DNA of 52,938 bases. It comes from Chiloscyllium plagiosum (lineage: Eukaryota). Of the stretch, positions 26,958 to 39,037 are shown piece by piece. The stretch's first letter is position 1. Every line of letters begins with the position of its first letter. The DNA is taken from assembly GCF_004010195.1 (NCBI RefSeq), contig NC_057718.1, positions 70,645,741-70,698,678 on the forward strand, given 5' to 3'. Made by a program: the position numbers and the translations under genes. The notes beneath the pieces were generated by a model, which was not told the origin of the DNA, did no database searches, and saw only the letters and a list, made by a program, of their open reading frames with translations.

Positions 26958-28289
26958 TTAAAAAAGTTGAAGGGCCCTGTAACTATAACCTGTTTCTCAC
27001 ATTTTCCTGTAGTTTGCTTACATATCTGCTCCTCTCTCTCTCTGTAGCACAATCCAGCAAGTTAATCACACTTTTTTTTTAAAATTTCCGAGTTCTACCC
27101 AGAGTGGCTTCATTTGAAGATCCTTCCATAATGTCCTCCCTCATTACTGCAGTGATAGCTTCCCTTATTAATAATGCAATGATCCCACCTCTCTTTATTC
27201 CCTGCCTGAAATCTTTATACCCTGGAAAGTTGAGCTGCCAGTCTTGTCCTTCCTTCAACCACATCTCAGCAATTGCAACAATATTATATTTCCACATGCA
27301 GATCAATGTTCTAAGTACATCTGCCTTACCAGTCAAGCTCCAGCAAGAAAATTCAATTTAGCTTTCCGGACCTTTCATGTGTCTTATCCTCTCAATGTCT
27401 TCTCCACCTATTGCACTCTCCTAGCATTCCTTCTACATCGGATTGGACCTTGCTTCTGATTTTCTATCAGATGTGTGCCCCATCTCCCTGCCAAATAAAT
27501 TTATACCTCCCCAACAGCATGAGAACATCTCACAGTAAGCAAGGATATTGGATCTGCCTCATAGTCCACCCTCCTACCCAGCTTTGAGTGATCTGCAAAC
27601 TTCGATCTACTACATTTTATGTTCTCATCCAAATCATTAATGCATTTGTGAATAGCTAGAGCTCTAGCACTGATCATTACAGCAACCCATTAATTATTGG
27701 CTACCACTTGGAAATAGACACATTTATTTCTACTCATTGATTCCTATCTGCCAGCCATTCTTTATCTATGTTAGTATACTACCCCAAAACCCATGTGCTT
27801 TAGTTTTATATTCTAACCTCTTATGTTGGACCTTCAAAAGTCTTCTGAAAGTCCAAGTAAACCACATGCACTGGTTCCCCCTTCACGACTTGAAAAATTC
27901 CAGTAGATTCTTCAAGTTTTTCAAATGCTCTGCTAATTAAGCTTTTGAACTCTAGCATTCTCCCCATTACCGATGTCAAGCTAACTGGTCTGTAATTCCC
28001 TATTTTCTCTTCATTTTCCTTTTTATAAATAGTGAAGTTACATTAGCTACCTTCCAATCCATAGAAACTGTTCCAGATTTGAAAGAATCTCGAAAGATGA
28101 CTACCAATTTAATCACTATTCCTGAAGCCACTTCCTTAAATAGTCTGTAATATAGATTGTTGGGCTCTGGCAGAACTGTCACATGTTGGAATCTTGTCTA
28201 ATATCATGTTGGCGTTTAACATCTTCATCACCATAGGCTGTCAAATGTTTTATGTCTTACTTGGCACATGTATGTGTGTATTTGTATGT

Positions 28290-29124
28290 ATTTACAAATG
28301 AGAGGGACCGTATTGTGTATTTACAAATGAGAGGGACCGTATTGTTGAAGAGGAGAGTGTGAAACGGACTGGTAAGCTAGAAAAGATATTTGTTAGGAAG
28401 GAAGATGTGTTGGGCATTTTGAAAACCTTGAGGATGGACAAGTCCCCCAGGCCTGACGGGATATATCCTAGGATTATGTGGGAAGCAAGAGAGGAAATTG
28501 CAGAGCCGTTGGCAATGATCTTTTTGTCTTCACTGTCAACAGGGTGGTACCAGGGGACTGGAGAGTGGTGAATGTTGCGCCCCTGTTCAAAAAAGGGAAT
28601 AGGGATAACCCTGGGAATTACAGGCCAGTCAGTCTTACTTCTGTGGTAGGCAAAGTAATGGAAAGGGTACTGAGGGATAGGATTTATGAGTATCTGGAAA
28701 GACACTGCTTGATTAGGGACAGCCAGCACGGATTTGTGAGGGGTAGGTCTTGCCTTACAAGTCTTATTGAATTCTTTGAGGAGGTGACCAAGTATGTGGA
28801 TGAGGGTAGAGCAGTGGATGTAGTGTACATGGATTTTAGTAAGGCATTTGATACGGTTCCCCATGGTAGGCTTATGCGGAAAGTCAGGAGGCATGGATTA
28901 GAGGGATATTTGGCCAGTTGGATAGAAAACTGGCTAACCGGTTGAGTCAGAGAGTGGTGGCAGATGGAAAATATTCAGCCTGGAGCCCAGTTACAACTGG
29001 AGTTCCACAGGGATCAGTTCTGGGTCCTCTGCTGTTTGTAATGTTTACTAATGACTTGGAAGAGGGAGTCGAAGGGTCGGTCAGTAAATTTGCAGACGAT
29101 ACAAAGATTGGTGGAGTTGTGGAT
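28290..29124 (+). mobile_element. Young 5'-truncated CR1 RT region running into a gap
   Basis: NYRPVSLTS, QHGF, DFSKAFD, GVPQGSVLGPLLF and KFADDTK. Confidence 0.93.
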
Positions 29125-29730
29125 NNNNNNNNNNNNNNNNNNNNNNNNNNNNNNNNNNNNNNNNNNNNNNNNNNNNNNNNNNNNNNNNNNNNNNNNNNNN
29201 NNNNNNNNNNNNNNNNNNNNNNNNNNNNNNNNNNNNNNNNNNNNNNNNNNNNNNNNNNNNNNNNNNNNNNNNNNNNNNNNNNNNNNNNNNNNNNNNNNNN
29301 NNNNNNNNNNNNNNNNNNNNNNNNNNNNNNNNNNNNNNNNNNNNNNNNNNNNNNNNNNNNNNNNNNNNNNNNNNNNNNNNNNNNNNNNNNNNNNNNNNNN
29401 NNNNNNNNNNNNNNNNNNNNNNNNNNNNNNNNNNNNNNNNNNNNNNNNNNNNNNNNNNNNNNNNNNNNNNNNNNNNNNNNNNNNNNNNNNNNNNNNNNNN
29501 NNNNNNNNNNNNNNNNNNNNNNNNNNNNNNNNNNNNNNNNNNNNNNNNNNNNNNNNNNNNNNNNNNNNNNNNNNNNNNNNNNNNNNNNNNNNNNNNNNNN
29601 NNNNNNNNNNNNNNNNNNNNNNNNNNNNNNNNNNNNNNNNNNNNNNNNNNNNNNNNNNNNNNNNNNNNNNNNNNNNNNNNNNNNNNNNNNNNNNNNNNNN
29701 NNNNNNNNNNNNNNNNNNNNNNNNNNNNNN

Positions 29731-29920
29731 TCGCTATTACCCCCCTGCCAACTTGCATCCACCTATCACCTTCCCAGCTATGTTGCCTCCAGCTCCACCC
29801 TATACCCCTATTTATCTCTCAGCCCCCTTCCCCCTCCACCTTTCTGATGAAGGGCTTATGCCAGAAACATAGACTCTCCTGCTCCTCAGGTGCTACCTGA
29901 CCTGTGCTTTTCCAGTGCCA
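29731..29920 (+). mobile_element. Penelope-like tail with degenerate hammerhead core
   Basis: ctgatga-agggcttatgcca-gaaacata at 29844-29871 plus the shared tail. Confidence 0.7.
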
Positions 29921-29924
29921 TAGT

Positions 29925-30975
29925 TTTTGAATATAGAAAAGTGTGAAATTATGCACATTGGTAGGAAGAATAGACGGGTAGAATATTTTCTAAATGAGGA
30001 ACGGCTTCAGAAATCTGAAGCACAAAGCAACTTGGGCATCCTAGTTCAGGATTCTCTTAAAGTGCAGGTTCAGTTGACATTTCAGGCGGCAAATGCAGTG
30101 TTACCATTGAGGGCTAGGGCACAAGAGCAGAAATGTATTGCTAATGCTTCATTAGGCTCTTTTCAGACAGCATTCGAAATATTGTAGAGTAGACAGTCAG
30201 AAACTTTTTCCCCGGGTGCAACAGAGTGTTACAAGGGGACATAAATTTAAGGTGAAGGGTGGAAGGTATAGGGGAGATGTCAGGGGTGGGTTCTTTACCC
30301 AGAAAGTGGTGGGGGCGTGGAATGCGCTGCCCGTGGGAGTGGTAGAGTCCGAATCTTTGGTTACCTTTAAGCGGCAATTGGATAGGTACATGTATGGGTG
30401 CTTAAGCTAGGACAAATGTTCGGCACAACATCGTGGGCCGAAGGGCCTGTTCTGTGCTGTATTGTTCTATGTTCTATGTTCTATGTTCTAAGGGCCTGTT
30501 TCCTCACTGCAGGGAATCTAATGTAATCTGACTCAAGGGACTGTGTTATAGGGAGAAGTTTGACAAGCTAGGACTTTTTCTTTAGAAGGTAGAAGACTGA
30601 GGGGGGTCTTTTAGAAGTGTATAAGATCATGAGAGGTATGGATAGGATGAATGCACTCAGTCTTTTTCCCAGGAATCAAGGACCAGAGGCCATTAATTTA
30701 AGTTTGGAGGAGAAAGAATAAATGGAAACCTGAGGGGCAATGCTTTTACACAGAGGGTGGTAAACATATGGAATGAGCTGCCATCAGAAGTGATTGAGGT
30801 AGGTATATTAACAACATTTAAAATGCAGTTGGACAACTACACGGGTAGGAAAGGTTTAGAAGGATATGGGTCAAGTGCAGGGAAATGGGGTTAGCGTGGA
30901 TGGATATTTTGGTTGGAATGGAGCAGTCTCAGCGTAAGGGCCTATCTTCATGCTGTCGGACACTATAACTCTATG
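29925..30975 (+). mobile_element. Cluster of CR1 3' fragments and a SINE tail
   Basis: FFTQKVVGAWNALP, (TTCTATG)n tail at about 30465-30490, then a second 3' fragment. Confidence 0.85.
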
Positions 30976-31471
30976 AAGTGATTCTCTGGGAAGACTAATA
31001 TATGAAAGAGCAAAAATAAAGTCAGGTTTAGGAAGTGTAGATTAACAGAAACATATAGATTTCCTTATTGCCAATTATATGCCACATACACAAAACATGC
31101 CCCATACACAAATCTTTAAGTATTCACAAGTGGCCTAATAAAGTATTTCAAGAAGAGTTTTGATAGACAAGATAGTGGTCATGTCACTGGACTAGTAATC
31201 CATCAATCCAGGTCATTGTTTTGGGAACATTGCATTAAAACCCATCATGGCAGCTGATAGAATTTAACACTCTATAATAAATCTGAAATTCTAAGTTATT
31301 ATCAGTAACAGTGGTCTTGAAATTATCAATGTTTAATACACATCTGACTCATGACATTTACCTAGTTCACCCTAAATGTGATTCCTGACTAACGTTAAAC
31401 CGCCCTTTGAAATAACCTAGTAACATTGTTAATTCAGGGGAAATTTGGGATAGGTAACAAATTCAGAGATT

Positions 31472-32052
31472 AGAACACAGAACATGGAACTGTATAGCAC
31501 AGGAGCGGGTCCTTCAGTTCCTGATGTTGTGCCAAACATGACGCCAAATTAAACTAATCCCTTCTGCCTGTCCTTTGTCCAAATTTCTCCATTCCTTGCA
31601 TATTCATGTGCTTATCTAAAAGTCCCTTAAATGTCTATATTGTATTTGCCTTCAAGACGATCCTTGGCAGCACATTCCAGACTCCTACCACACTTCATGT
31701 AAAAAGCTTGCCCGTCACAGCTCCTTCGAACTTATCCCCTCACCTTAAATGCATGCTCCCTAATATTAGACATTGCAACTCTGGGAAAAAGATTCTGACT
31801 GTGAACTCTATCTGCGCATCTCATCATTTTATAGATTTCTATCAAGTCTCCCCTCAACCTCCACTACTCCACAGAAAACAACCTGAGTTTTTCTAGTCTC
31901 TCTTTATAGCTCATACACTCGCAGGCAACATCCTGGTAAACCTCTTCTGCATACTCTCCTAAGCCTCCACATCCTTCCTGTAATGAGGCAATCAGAATTG
32001 AACACAATCCTCTAAGCGTGGCCTAACCAAAGTCTTACAAAGCTGTAACATG
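31472..32052 (-). mobile_element. CR1 3' fragment
   Basis: agaaca-type tail and RT C-terminal similarity. Confidence 0.82.
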
Positions 32053-32422
32053 AACCACATTTTGATACGGATTAGTGGAAAAACAATAGAAAGAACATCC
32101 CATTAATAAGTTTAAAGGGAGTTATAAAGCAGGGATGTGAATATCAGCATGACCGCTCTTTCAATAAGACAAGGACATGCAAAGCCTTTCTTCTGTAACA
32201 TTGGCTCCTATTAGAAAAGATTATCTGGTCATTACCACCTGGCAGTGTGTAGAACTTCAAAGTTTGGCCGTCACATTTCTGATACTATAAAAATGTTTAC
32301 ATTTGAAATTTACTTAATTGGCTGTGAGGTAGTTTTGGGCAACCCTGAAGTCACAAAGGTTCCTGTATATATCAAAGTATTTTCTTTTTAATAAAAATCT
32401 TGATCGAGAAACAAGTACGTAC

Positions 32423-32601
32423 GGGTTACATCGTTTTTTTTTCTCATCTCCATAAGCTAGTTTTTTGCATCCTTTAATGTAGATTTCCAGTGCCACAGCC
32501 TGAAAATTGTACCGTATACATAGCTCAATTTCACCAGTAACATTCACATTGTCCAAAGTCTCTGGTTCTGTGCACGTGCTGTTGATGCTGTATATGCTAT
32601 C
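32423..32601 (-). CDS. SYTL3: Synaptotagmin-like protein 3 coding exon (linker plus start of C2A domain)
   Basis: Minus strand: acceptor ttttcattgttcccatag|GAT, donor AACCC|gtacgt, 179 nt. Translates DSIYSINSTCTEPETLDNVNVTGEIELCIRYNFQAVALEIYIKGCKKLAYGDEKKKRCN(P), which resembles vertebrate SYTL3 C2A as I recall it (NVTGEIEF...[26 protein letters not shown]). Confidence 0.92.
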
Positions 32602-32999
32602 CTATGGGAACAATGAAAAACACATTACAAATCATGCCTTACAAATGCTTTTCTTGTCCTCGGTTTTGATTCTGATTCCTTGTTTTATTTTGAACCAGTG
32701 TGCTCTTCCTTTACTTTAATGACAAGTTGCATATTTTGTTAACTTTAATAATTCTGCAAATATCACTTCCATTATATTACTTAGAAATTACGACAGTAGC
32801 TGGACTATTGACCCCAACTAGCCTGTATCTATGTTCCTCCTCCACATGAAGATCAGACCTATTCCCAGATTCCTATTGCTTCACTTCAATCACCAACTTG
32901 GGTACTGATTTCACAAAATTTCAACCTCTGATATTTGATTAAATATAAGAAATATTGTACAAGGTCCTCTCATGCTGGACACTTCAATTACTAGAAACA

Positions 33000-33620
33000 A
33001 CAGATTTCTCCCTTTACCCATTCTGGATGCTATACTTTGGGAAAGACATGATGACATTAGACAGAGTTAGAAATGATTTAGGAGAATGGTTCCAGGGATG
33101 AGATACTTCAACTTACCTGGATAGATTGAAGAATTTAGGATGTTTTCCTTGGAGAAGAGAGGTTTGATAAAGTATTCAAAATCATGTAGAGCCTGAAGAG
33201 AGGAGATAGGGAGAAACTCTTCCCGCTCATGAAAGGATCATGAATGAGAGGGCACAGATTTAAAGAAACTGCAACAATCGCAATGGCATTATAAAGAAAA
33301 ACCTTTTTATGCTGCAAATGATTAAGGTATGACAAACACTTGCTAGTGTGGTGCAAGCTGCTTCAATTGAAACATTCAAAAAGGAATTAGTTAACTGAAA
33401 AAGGACTACACAGGGAAGACGGGAAAATAGTAATAGATGAATTGCTTATTTGGACAGCTAGGAGAAAGTGAGGACTGCAGATGCTGGAAATCAGAGCTTA
33501 AAAATGTGTTGCTGGAAAAGCGCAGCAGGTCAGGCAGCATCAAAGGAGCAAGAGAATCGACAATTTGGACAGCTGGCAAGATTTGACGGGCTGAATGTCT
33601 GTCTGCATTGTGATAATGAT
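33000..33620 (+). mobile_element. Old CR1 3' fragment
   Basis: Similarity to the RT C-terminus (aggagaatggttccagggatgag...ttggagaagagagg). Confidence 0.7.
33461..33561 (-). mobile_element. Short Penelope tail insertion
   Basis: Same tail family as 18753 and 48560; 12-bp TSD atttggacagct (33448-33459 / 33563-33574). Confidence 0.8.
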
Positions 33621-34032
33621 GTGATTCTGTAAACCTGTTTCATTTTTTCACAATTATAAGCACATCTTTGAAATCACCTCTTAATTTGCTCTGTTCTGTT
33701 GAAAACAGCCAAAGCTATTCAGCCTTTGTTTATTTTTGCATAACCCCATATCGGGTGGTATCCTAGAAAAACCTAATGGAGTGCCAATTTCATTATTCAA
33801 AGTCCTTTTCCTTTGTGAATACAGATGATATATATTCATCTAAGACCTGACCCATACACTCTGGCTGCAAGCCCCTTTGATCTCTAATAGGCCCCACTCT
33901 TTCCCTGGTAATCTTACATTTAATGTACCTTGGGATTTTCCTTAATCCTACCTGCCCCTCTTTGTCAGCTAATTTATTTTTCAATCACTCCCGTACTCAC
34001 TATTCTTTTGAAGGGCCTCCCCTGTTTTTAAT

Positions 34033-34318
34033 CAGCACTGCTGCCTCACAGCGCCAGGGACCCGGGTTCAATTCCTGCCTCAGGCAACTGTCTGTGTGGA
34101 GTTTGCACATTCTCCCCGTGTCTGCGTGGGTTTGCTCCGGTTTTCTCCCACAGTCCAAAAATGTGCAAGTTAGGTGAATTGGCCATGCTAAATTGTCCGT
34201 AGTGTTAGCTGAAGGGGTAAACATAGGGGAATGGGTCTGGGTGGGTTGCTCTTTGGAGGGGCGGTGTGGACTTGTTGGGCTGAAGGGCCTGTTTCCACAC
34301 TGTAAGTAATCTAATCTA
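34033..34318 (+). mobile_element. HE1-like SINE, 5'-truncated
   Basis: B box, family body and tail. Confidence 0.9.
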
Positions 34319-34760
34319 AAAACCTAACATATGCTTCCTTCTTAACCACAGAATATTTACAGTCATAGATTCCAATAGCACAGAGACAGGCTCATCGGCC
34401 CAAATTGGTCAATGCTAAACAAACTGTCCATCCACGCTAACCCCATTTCCCTGCACTTGGCCCATATCTTTCTTATTCAAGTATTTGTCCAAATGACTTC
34501 TAATGTTGTTAATGTACCCGCCTCAATCACTTTTGCTGGTAGCTCATTCCACATGCGTACCACCCTCTGTGTAAAAATGTCACCCCTCAGGTTCCCTTTT
34601 ATCCTTTCCCCTCTAACCTTAAACTGATGCCCTCTCATCCTCAATTCCCCAACCCTGGGCAAAAGACTCAGCACATTCCCCCATTCCATTCCTCTCATGA
34701 TCTTATACACTCTATGAGATGCCCCCGCCCCACCACCTTAATAGCCTATGGTCTGAGAAA

Positions 34761-35042
34761 AGTTCTAGCTTGTCCAACCTCTTCACTATAACTCAGACCT
34801 CAAGTCCTGGCAACTTCCTTGTAAATTTCTTCTGCACTCCTTCCAGTTCAATAACATCCTTCCTATAGCAAGGTGACAAACATTTCTTGACATTCAGGGT
34901 TAGTTCTAGCTTGTCCAACCTCTTCACTATAATCAGACCCTCAAGTCCTGGCAACTTCCTTGTAAATTTCTTCTGCACTCCTTCCAGTTCAGTAACATCC
35001 TTCCTATAGCAAGGTGACAAACATTTCTTGACATTCAGGGTT
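34761..35042 (+). repeat. 141-bp tandem duplication
   Basis: 34761-34901 vs 34902-35042; few differences. Confidence 0.93.
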
Positions 35043-36711
35043 CGCTGGACTTTCTGTCCTTGCCCTTCACTCTTATGGGAACATGCTGGCCCTGAATTCT
35101 CATTATACTATTTTTAAAATACTCTTACTTTACAAACGTAGAGTAAAGTGGCTGCTTACAGCCCATGTTTGCCAGATATTGAAATTGATCTGCCCTAATT
35201 TAGAACAACTTCTCCACTATCCTTATCTCTTTCCATATGACTTTAAAACTTACAAACCTATGGTCACTATCCCCAAAATGCTCACCTACTGACCCTTCAA
35301 CCACATAGCTCACTTAATTTCCAAGGATTAGGTCTAGTACTGCCCCATCTCTAGTTGGACTATCTATGTACTGGCACAAAATGTTCACCTGGATGTACTT
35401 TAAAAATTGCATCATATTTAATCGTTTCACACTAAGGTGATAGAACATAGAACATAGAATGTTACAGCGCAGCACAGGCCCTTCGGCCCTCGATGTTGCG
35501 TCGATCTGTGAAAATAATCTGATGCCCATCTAACCTATACCATTCCATTATTATCCATATGTATGTCCAATGCCCATTTAAATGTCCTTAACTTCGGTGT
35601 GTCTGCTACTGTTGCAGACAGGCTGTTCCACGCCCGTACAACTCTCTGAGTAAAGAAACTACCCATGATATCTGTCCTAAATCTATCACCCCTCTGCATC
35701 TTATCTATGTCCCTATCCAACCCACAACATCCTTCAGCACTATCTACAACTCTGCCAACCTTAGTGTCATCTGCAAATTTACTATCCCATCCTTCTAAGC
35801 TCACATCCATATCATTTATAAAGATGACAAACAGCAGTGGCCCCAAAACAGATCCTTGTGGCACACTACTGATAACTGAGCTCCAGGATGAACTTTTCCA
35901 TCAACCACTAACCTCTGTCTTCTTTCAGCTAGCCAATTTCTGATCCAAACCGCTAAATCAACTTCAATCCTGAAACTCCTTATTTTGTGCAATAGCCTAC
36001 CGTGTGAAACCTTATCAAACACTTTACTGAAGTCCACATACACCACATCAACTGCTTTATGTTCATCCACCCGTTTTTTCACCTTCTCGAATAACTCAAT
36101 AAACTTAGTTAGGCATGACCTACCCTTCACAAAACCATGTTGACTAACCCTAATCAAATTGTTCCTTTCTAGATGATTATAAATCCTATCACTTATAACC
36201 TTTTCCAACACTTTTCCCACAACCAAAGTAAGGCCCTCTGGTCCTGACTCCACTTCTTAAACAAGGGAAAAGCATTTGCTATCCTCCAGTCTTCTGGCAC
36301 GACTCCTGTTGACAATGATGACATAAAGATCAAAGCCAAAGGCTCTGCCATCTCCTCCCTGGCTTCCCAGAGAATCAGAGGACAAATCCCATCCGGCCCA
36401 GGGTTCTTATCTATTTTTAGATCTTCCAAAATTGTTAAAACTTCCTCTTTGTCAACCACAATTCCATCTTATCTAATATTAGATTATTTCTGTATTTCCG
36501 TATTCTCACTAACATTGCACTTTTCCCATGTGACTACTGACAAAAAGTATCCATTAAGCACTTCTCCTCTGTCCTCAGATTCCACAGACAACTTCCCACT
36601 ACTGTCTTTGATTGGCCCTAATCTTACTCTATTAATTTCTTTATTCCTGATATACCTATAGAAGGCCTTAGGGTTTTCCTTGATCCTATCCGCCAACAAC
36701 TCATGTCCCCT

Positions 36712-36973
36712 CTAGGCTCTTCTTAGCTCTCTCTTTGGGTCTTTTCTGGCTAACTTGTAACTCTCAAGCCCTCTAACTGAGCCTTCAAGCCTCATCCTCA
36801 CATAAGCCTTCTTCTTTCTAAGTTTGTGCGAAGATTTGTAGCCTAGGCTCTTCTTAGCTCTCTCTTTGGATCTTTTCTGGCTAACTTGTAACTCTCAAGC
36901 CCTCTAACTGAGCCTTCAAGCCTCATCCTCACATAAGCCTTCTTCTTTCTAAGTTTGTGCGAAGATTTGTAGC
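36712..36973 (+). repeat. 131-bp tandem duplication
   Basis: 36712-36842 vs 36843-36973; one substitution seen. Confidence 0.93.
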
Positions 36974-37340
36974 TTGGGTGCTCGTTGTTGTGGTTCTGTT
37001 CGCCGAGCTGGAAGTTTTTCTTGCAAACGTTTCGTCCCCTGGCTAGGCGACATCATCAGTGCTTGGGAGCCTCCTGCGAAGCGCTTCTTTGATGTTTCCT
37101 CCGGTGTTTATAGTGGTCTGTCCCTGCCGCTTCCGGTTGTCAGTTTCAGCTGTCCGCTGTAGTGGTTGGTATATTGGGTCCAGGTCGATGTGTTTGTTGA
37201 TGGAGTTTGTGGATGAATGCCATGCCTCTAGGAATTCCCTGGCTGTTCTCTGTCTGGCTTGCCCTATGATAGTAGTGTTGTCCCAGGAAAATTCATGTTG
37301 CTTGTTGTCTGCTTGTGTGGCTACTAAGGATAGCTGGTCA
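36951..37340 (-). mobile_element. Penelope-like element 3' end (GIY-YIG C-terminus plus pseudo-LTR)
   Basis: Minus translation DQLSLVATQADNKQHEFSWDNTTIIGQARQRTAREFLEAWHSSTNSINKHIDLDPIYQPL, typical of the end of a PLE GIY-YIG domain. Confidence 0.85.
37023..37062 (-). ncRNA. Putative minimal type I hammerhead ribozyme
   Basis: GCA-CUGAUGA-U-GUC...GAC-GAAAC-GUU-UGC: full core, stem I GCA/UGC, stem II, palindromic ACGU stem III. Confidence 0.72.
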
Positions 37341-37342
37341 TG

Positions 37343-37997
37343 CTAAATTACCCATAGTGCCCAGGGATGTGCAGGTTAGGGTGTATTGGTGATCCTAAAT
37401 TACCCATAGTGCCCAGGGATGTGCAGGTTAGGGTGTATTGGTGATCCTAAATTACCCATAGTGCCCAGGGATGTGCAGGTTAGGGTGTATTGGTGATCCT
37501 AAATTACCCATAGTGCCCAGGGATGTGCAGGTTAGGGTGTATTGGTGATCCTAAATTACCCATAGTGCCCAGGGATGTGCAGGTTAGGGTGTATTGGTGA
37601 TCCTAAATTACCCATAGTGCCCAGGGATGTGCAGGTTAGGGTGTATTGGTGATCCTAAATTACCCATAGTGCCCAGGGATGTGCAGGTTAGGGTGTATTG
37701 GTGATCCTAAATTACCCATAGTGCCCAGGGATGTGCAGGTTAGGGTGTATTGGTGATCCTAAATTACCCATAGTGCCCAGGGATGTGCAGGTTAGGGTGT
37801 ATTGGTGATCCTAAATTACCCATAGTGCCCAGGGATGTGCAGGTTAGGGTGTATTGGTGATCCTAAATTACCCATAGTGCCCAGGGATGTGCAGGTTAGG
37901 GTGTATTGGTGATCCTAAATTACCCATAGTGCCCAGGGATGTGCAGGTTAGGGTGTATTGGTGATCCTAAATTACCCATAGTGCCCAGGGATGTGCA
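37343..37997 (+). repeat. 52-bp tandem array, at least 12.6 apparently identical copies, running into a gap
   Basis: Unit ctaaattacccatagtgcccagggatgtgcaggttagggtgtattggtgatc, resembling the internal/3' segment of the HE1-like SINE. Confidence 0.95.
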
Positions 37998-38856
37998 NNN
38001 NNNNNNNNNNNNNNNNNNNNNNNNNNNNNNNNNNNNNNNNNNNNNNNNNNNNNNNNNNNNNNNNNNNNNNNNNNNNNNNNNNNNNNNNNNNNNNNNNNNN
38101 NNNNNNNNNNNNNNNNNNNNNNNNNNNNNNNNNNNNNNNNNNNNNNNNNNNNNNNNNNNNNNNNNNNNNNNNNNNNNNNNNNNNNNNNNNNNNNNNNNNN
38201 NNNNNNNNNNNNNNNNNNNNNNNNNNNNNNNNNNNNNNNNNNNNNNNNNNNNNNNNNNNNNNNNNNNNNNNNNNNNNNNNNNNNNNNNNNNNNNNNNNNN
38301 NNNNNNNNNNNNNNNNNNNNNNNNNNNNNNNNNNNNNNNNNNNNNNNNNNNNNNNNNNNNNNNNNNNNNNNNNNNNNNNNNNNNNNNNNNNNNNNNNNNN
38401 NNNNNNNNNNNNNNNNNNNNNNNNNNNNNNNNNNNNNNNNNNNNNNNNNNNNNNNNNNNNNNNNNNNNNNNNNNNNNNNNNNNNNNNNNNNNNNNNNNNN
38501 NNNNNNNNNNNNNNNNNNNNNNNNNNNNNNNNNNNNNNNNNNNNNNNNNNNNNNNNNNNNNNNNNNNNNNNNNNNNNNNNNNNNNNNNNNNNNNNNNNNN
38601 NNNNNNNNNNNNNNNNNNNNNNNNNNNNNNNNNNNNNNNNNNNNNNNNNNNNNNNNNNNNNNNNNNNNNNNNNNNNNNNNNNNNNNNNNNNNNNNNNNNN
38701 NNNNNNNNNNNNNNNNNNNNNNNNNNNNNNNNNNNNNNNNNNNNNNNNNNNNNNNNNNNNNNNNNNNNNNNNNNNNNNNNNNNNNNNNNNNNNNNNNNNN
38801 NNNNNNNNNNNNNNNNNNNNNNNNNNNNNNNNNNNNNNNNNNNNNNNNNNNNNNNN

Positions 38857-39037
38857 GGCCATTACAGCGGACAGCTGAAACTGACAACTGGAAGCGGCAG
38901 GGACAGGCCACTATAAATGCCGGAGGAAACACCACAGAAGCGCTTCACAGGAGGCTCCCAAGCACTGAGGATGTCACCTAGACAGGGGACGAAACGTTTG
39001 CAACAAAAACTTCCAGCTCGGCGAACAGAACCACAAC
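38857..39037 (+). mobile_element. Inverted copy of the same Penelope-like pseudo-LTR
   Basis: Reverse complement of about 36985-37165 with a few substitutions, followed by the TSD ttcttctttct. Confidence 0.85.
38962..39001 (+). ncRNA. Putative minimal type I hammerhead ribozyme
   Basis: GCA-CUGAGGA-U-GUCACCUAGACAGGGGAC-GAAAC-GUU-UGC. Confidence 0.7.

Larger units (their letters stand above)
24170..28170 (-). mobile_element. Decayed CR1 copies (near full-length ORF2 remnant plus an additional RT fragment)
   Basis: Fragmentary RT and endonuclease ORFs (VYVDFIQAFNKFPHGRL, IVAIAEMWLKEGQDWQL). Confidence 0.82.

Noticed and set aside
28918..29872. Long ORFs in the track
   Set aside because: Artifacts of translating through N gaps (the same applies to 37939-38935).
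37343..37997. CRISPR-like array
   Set aside because: Head-to-tail identical units without spacers, eukaryotic context, no cas genes.
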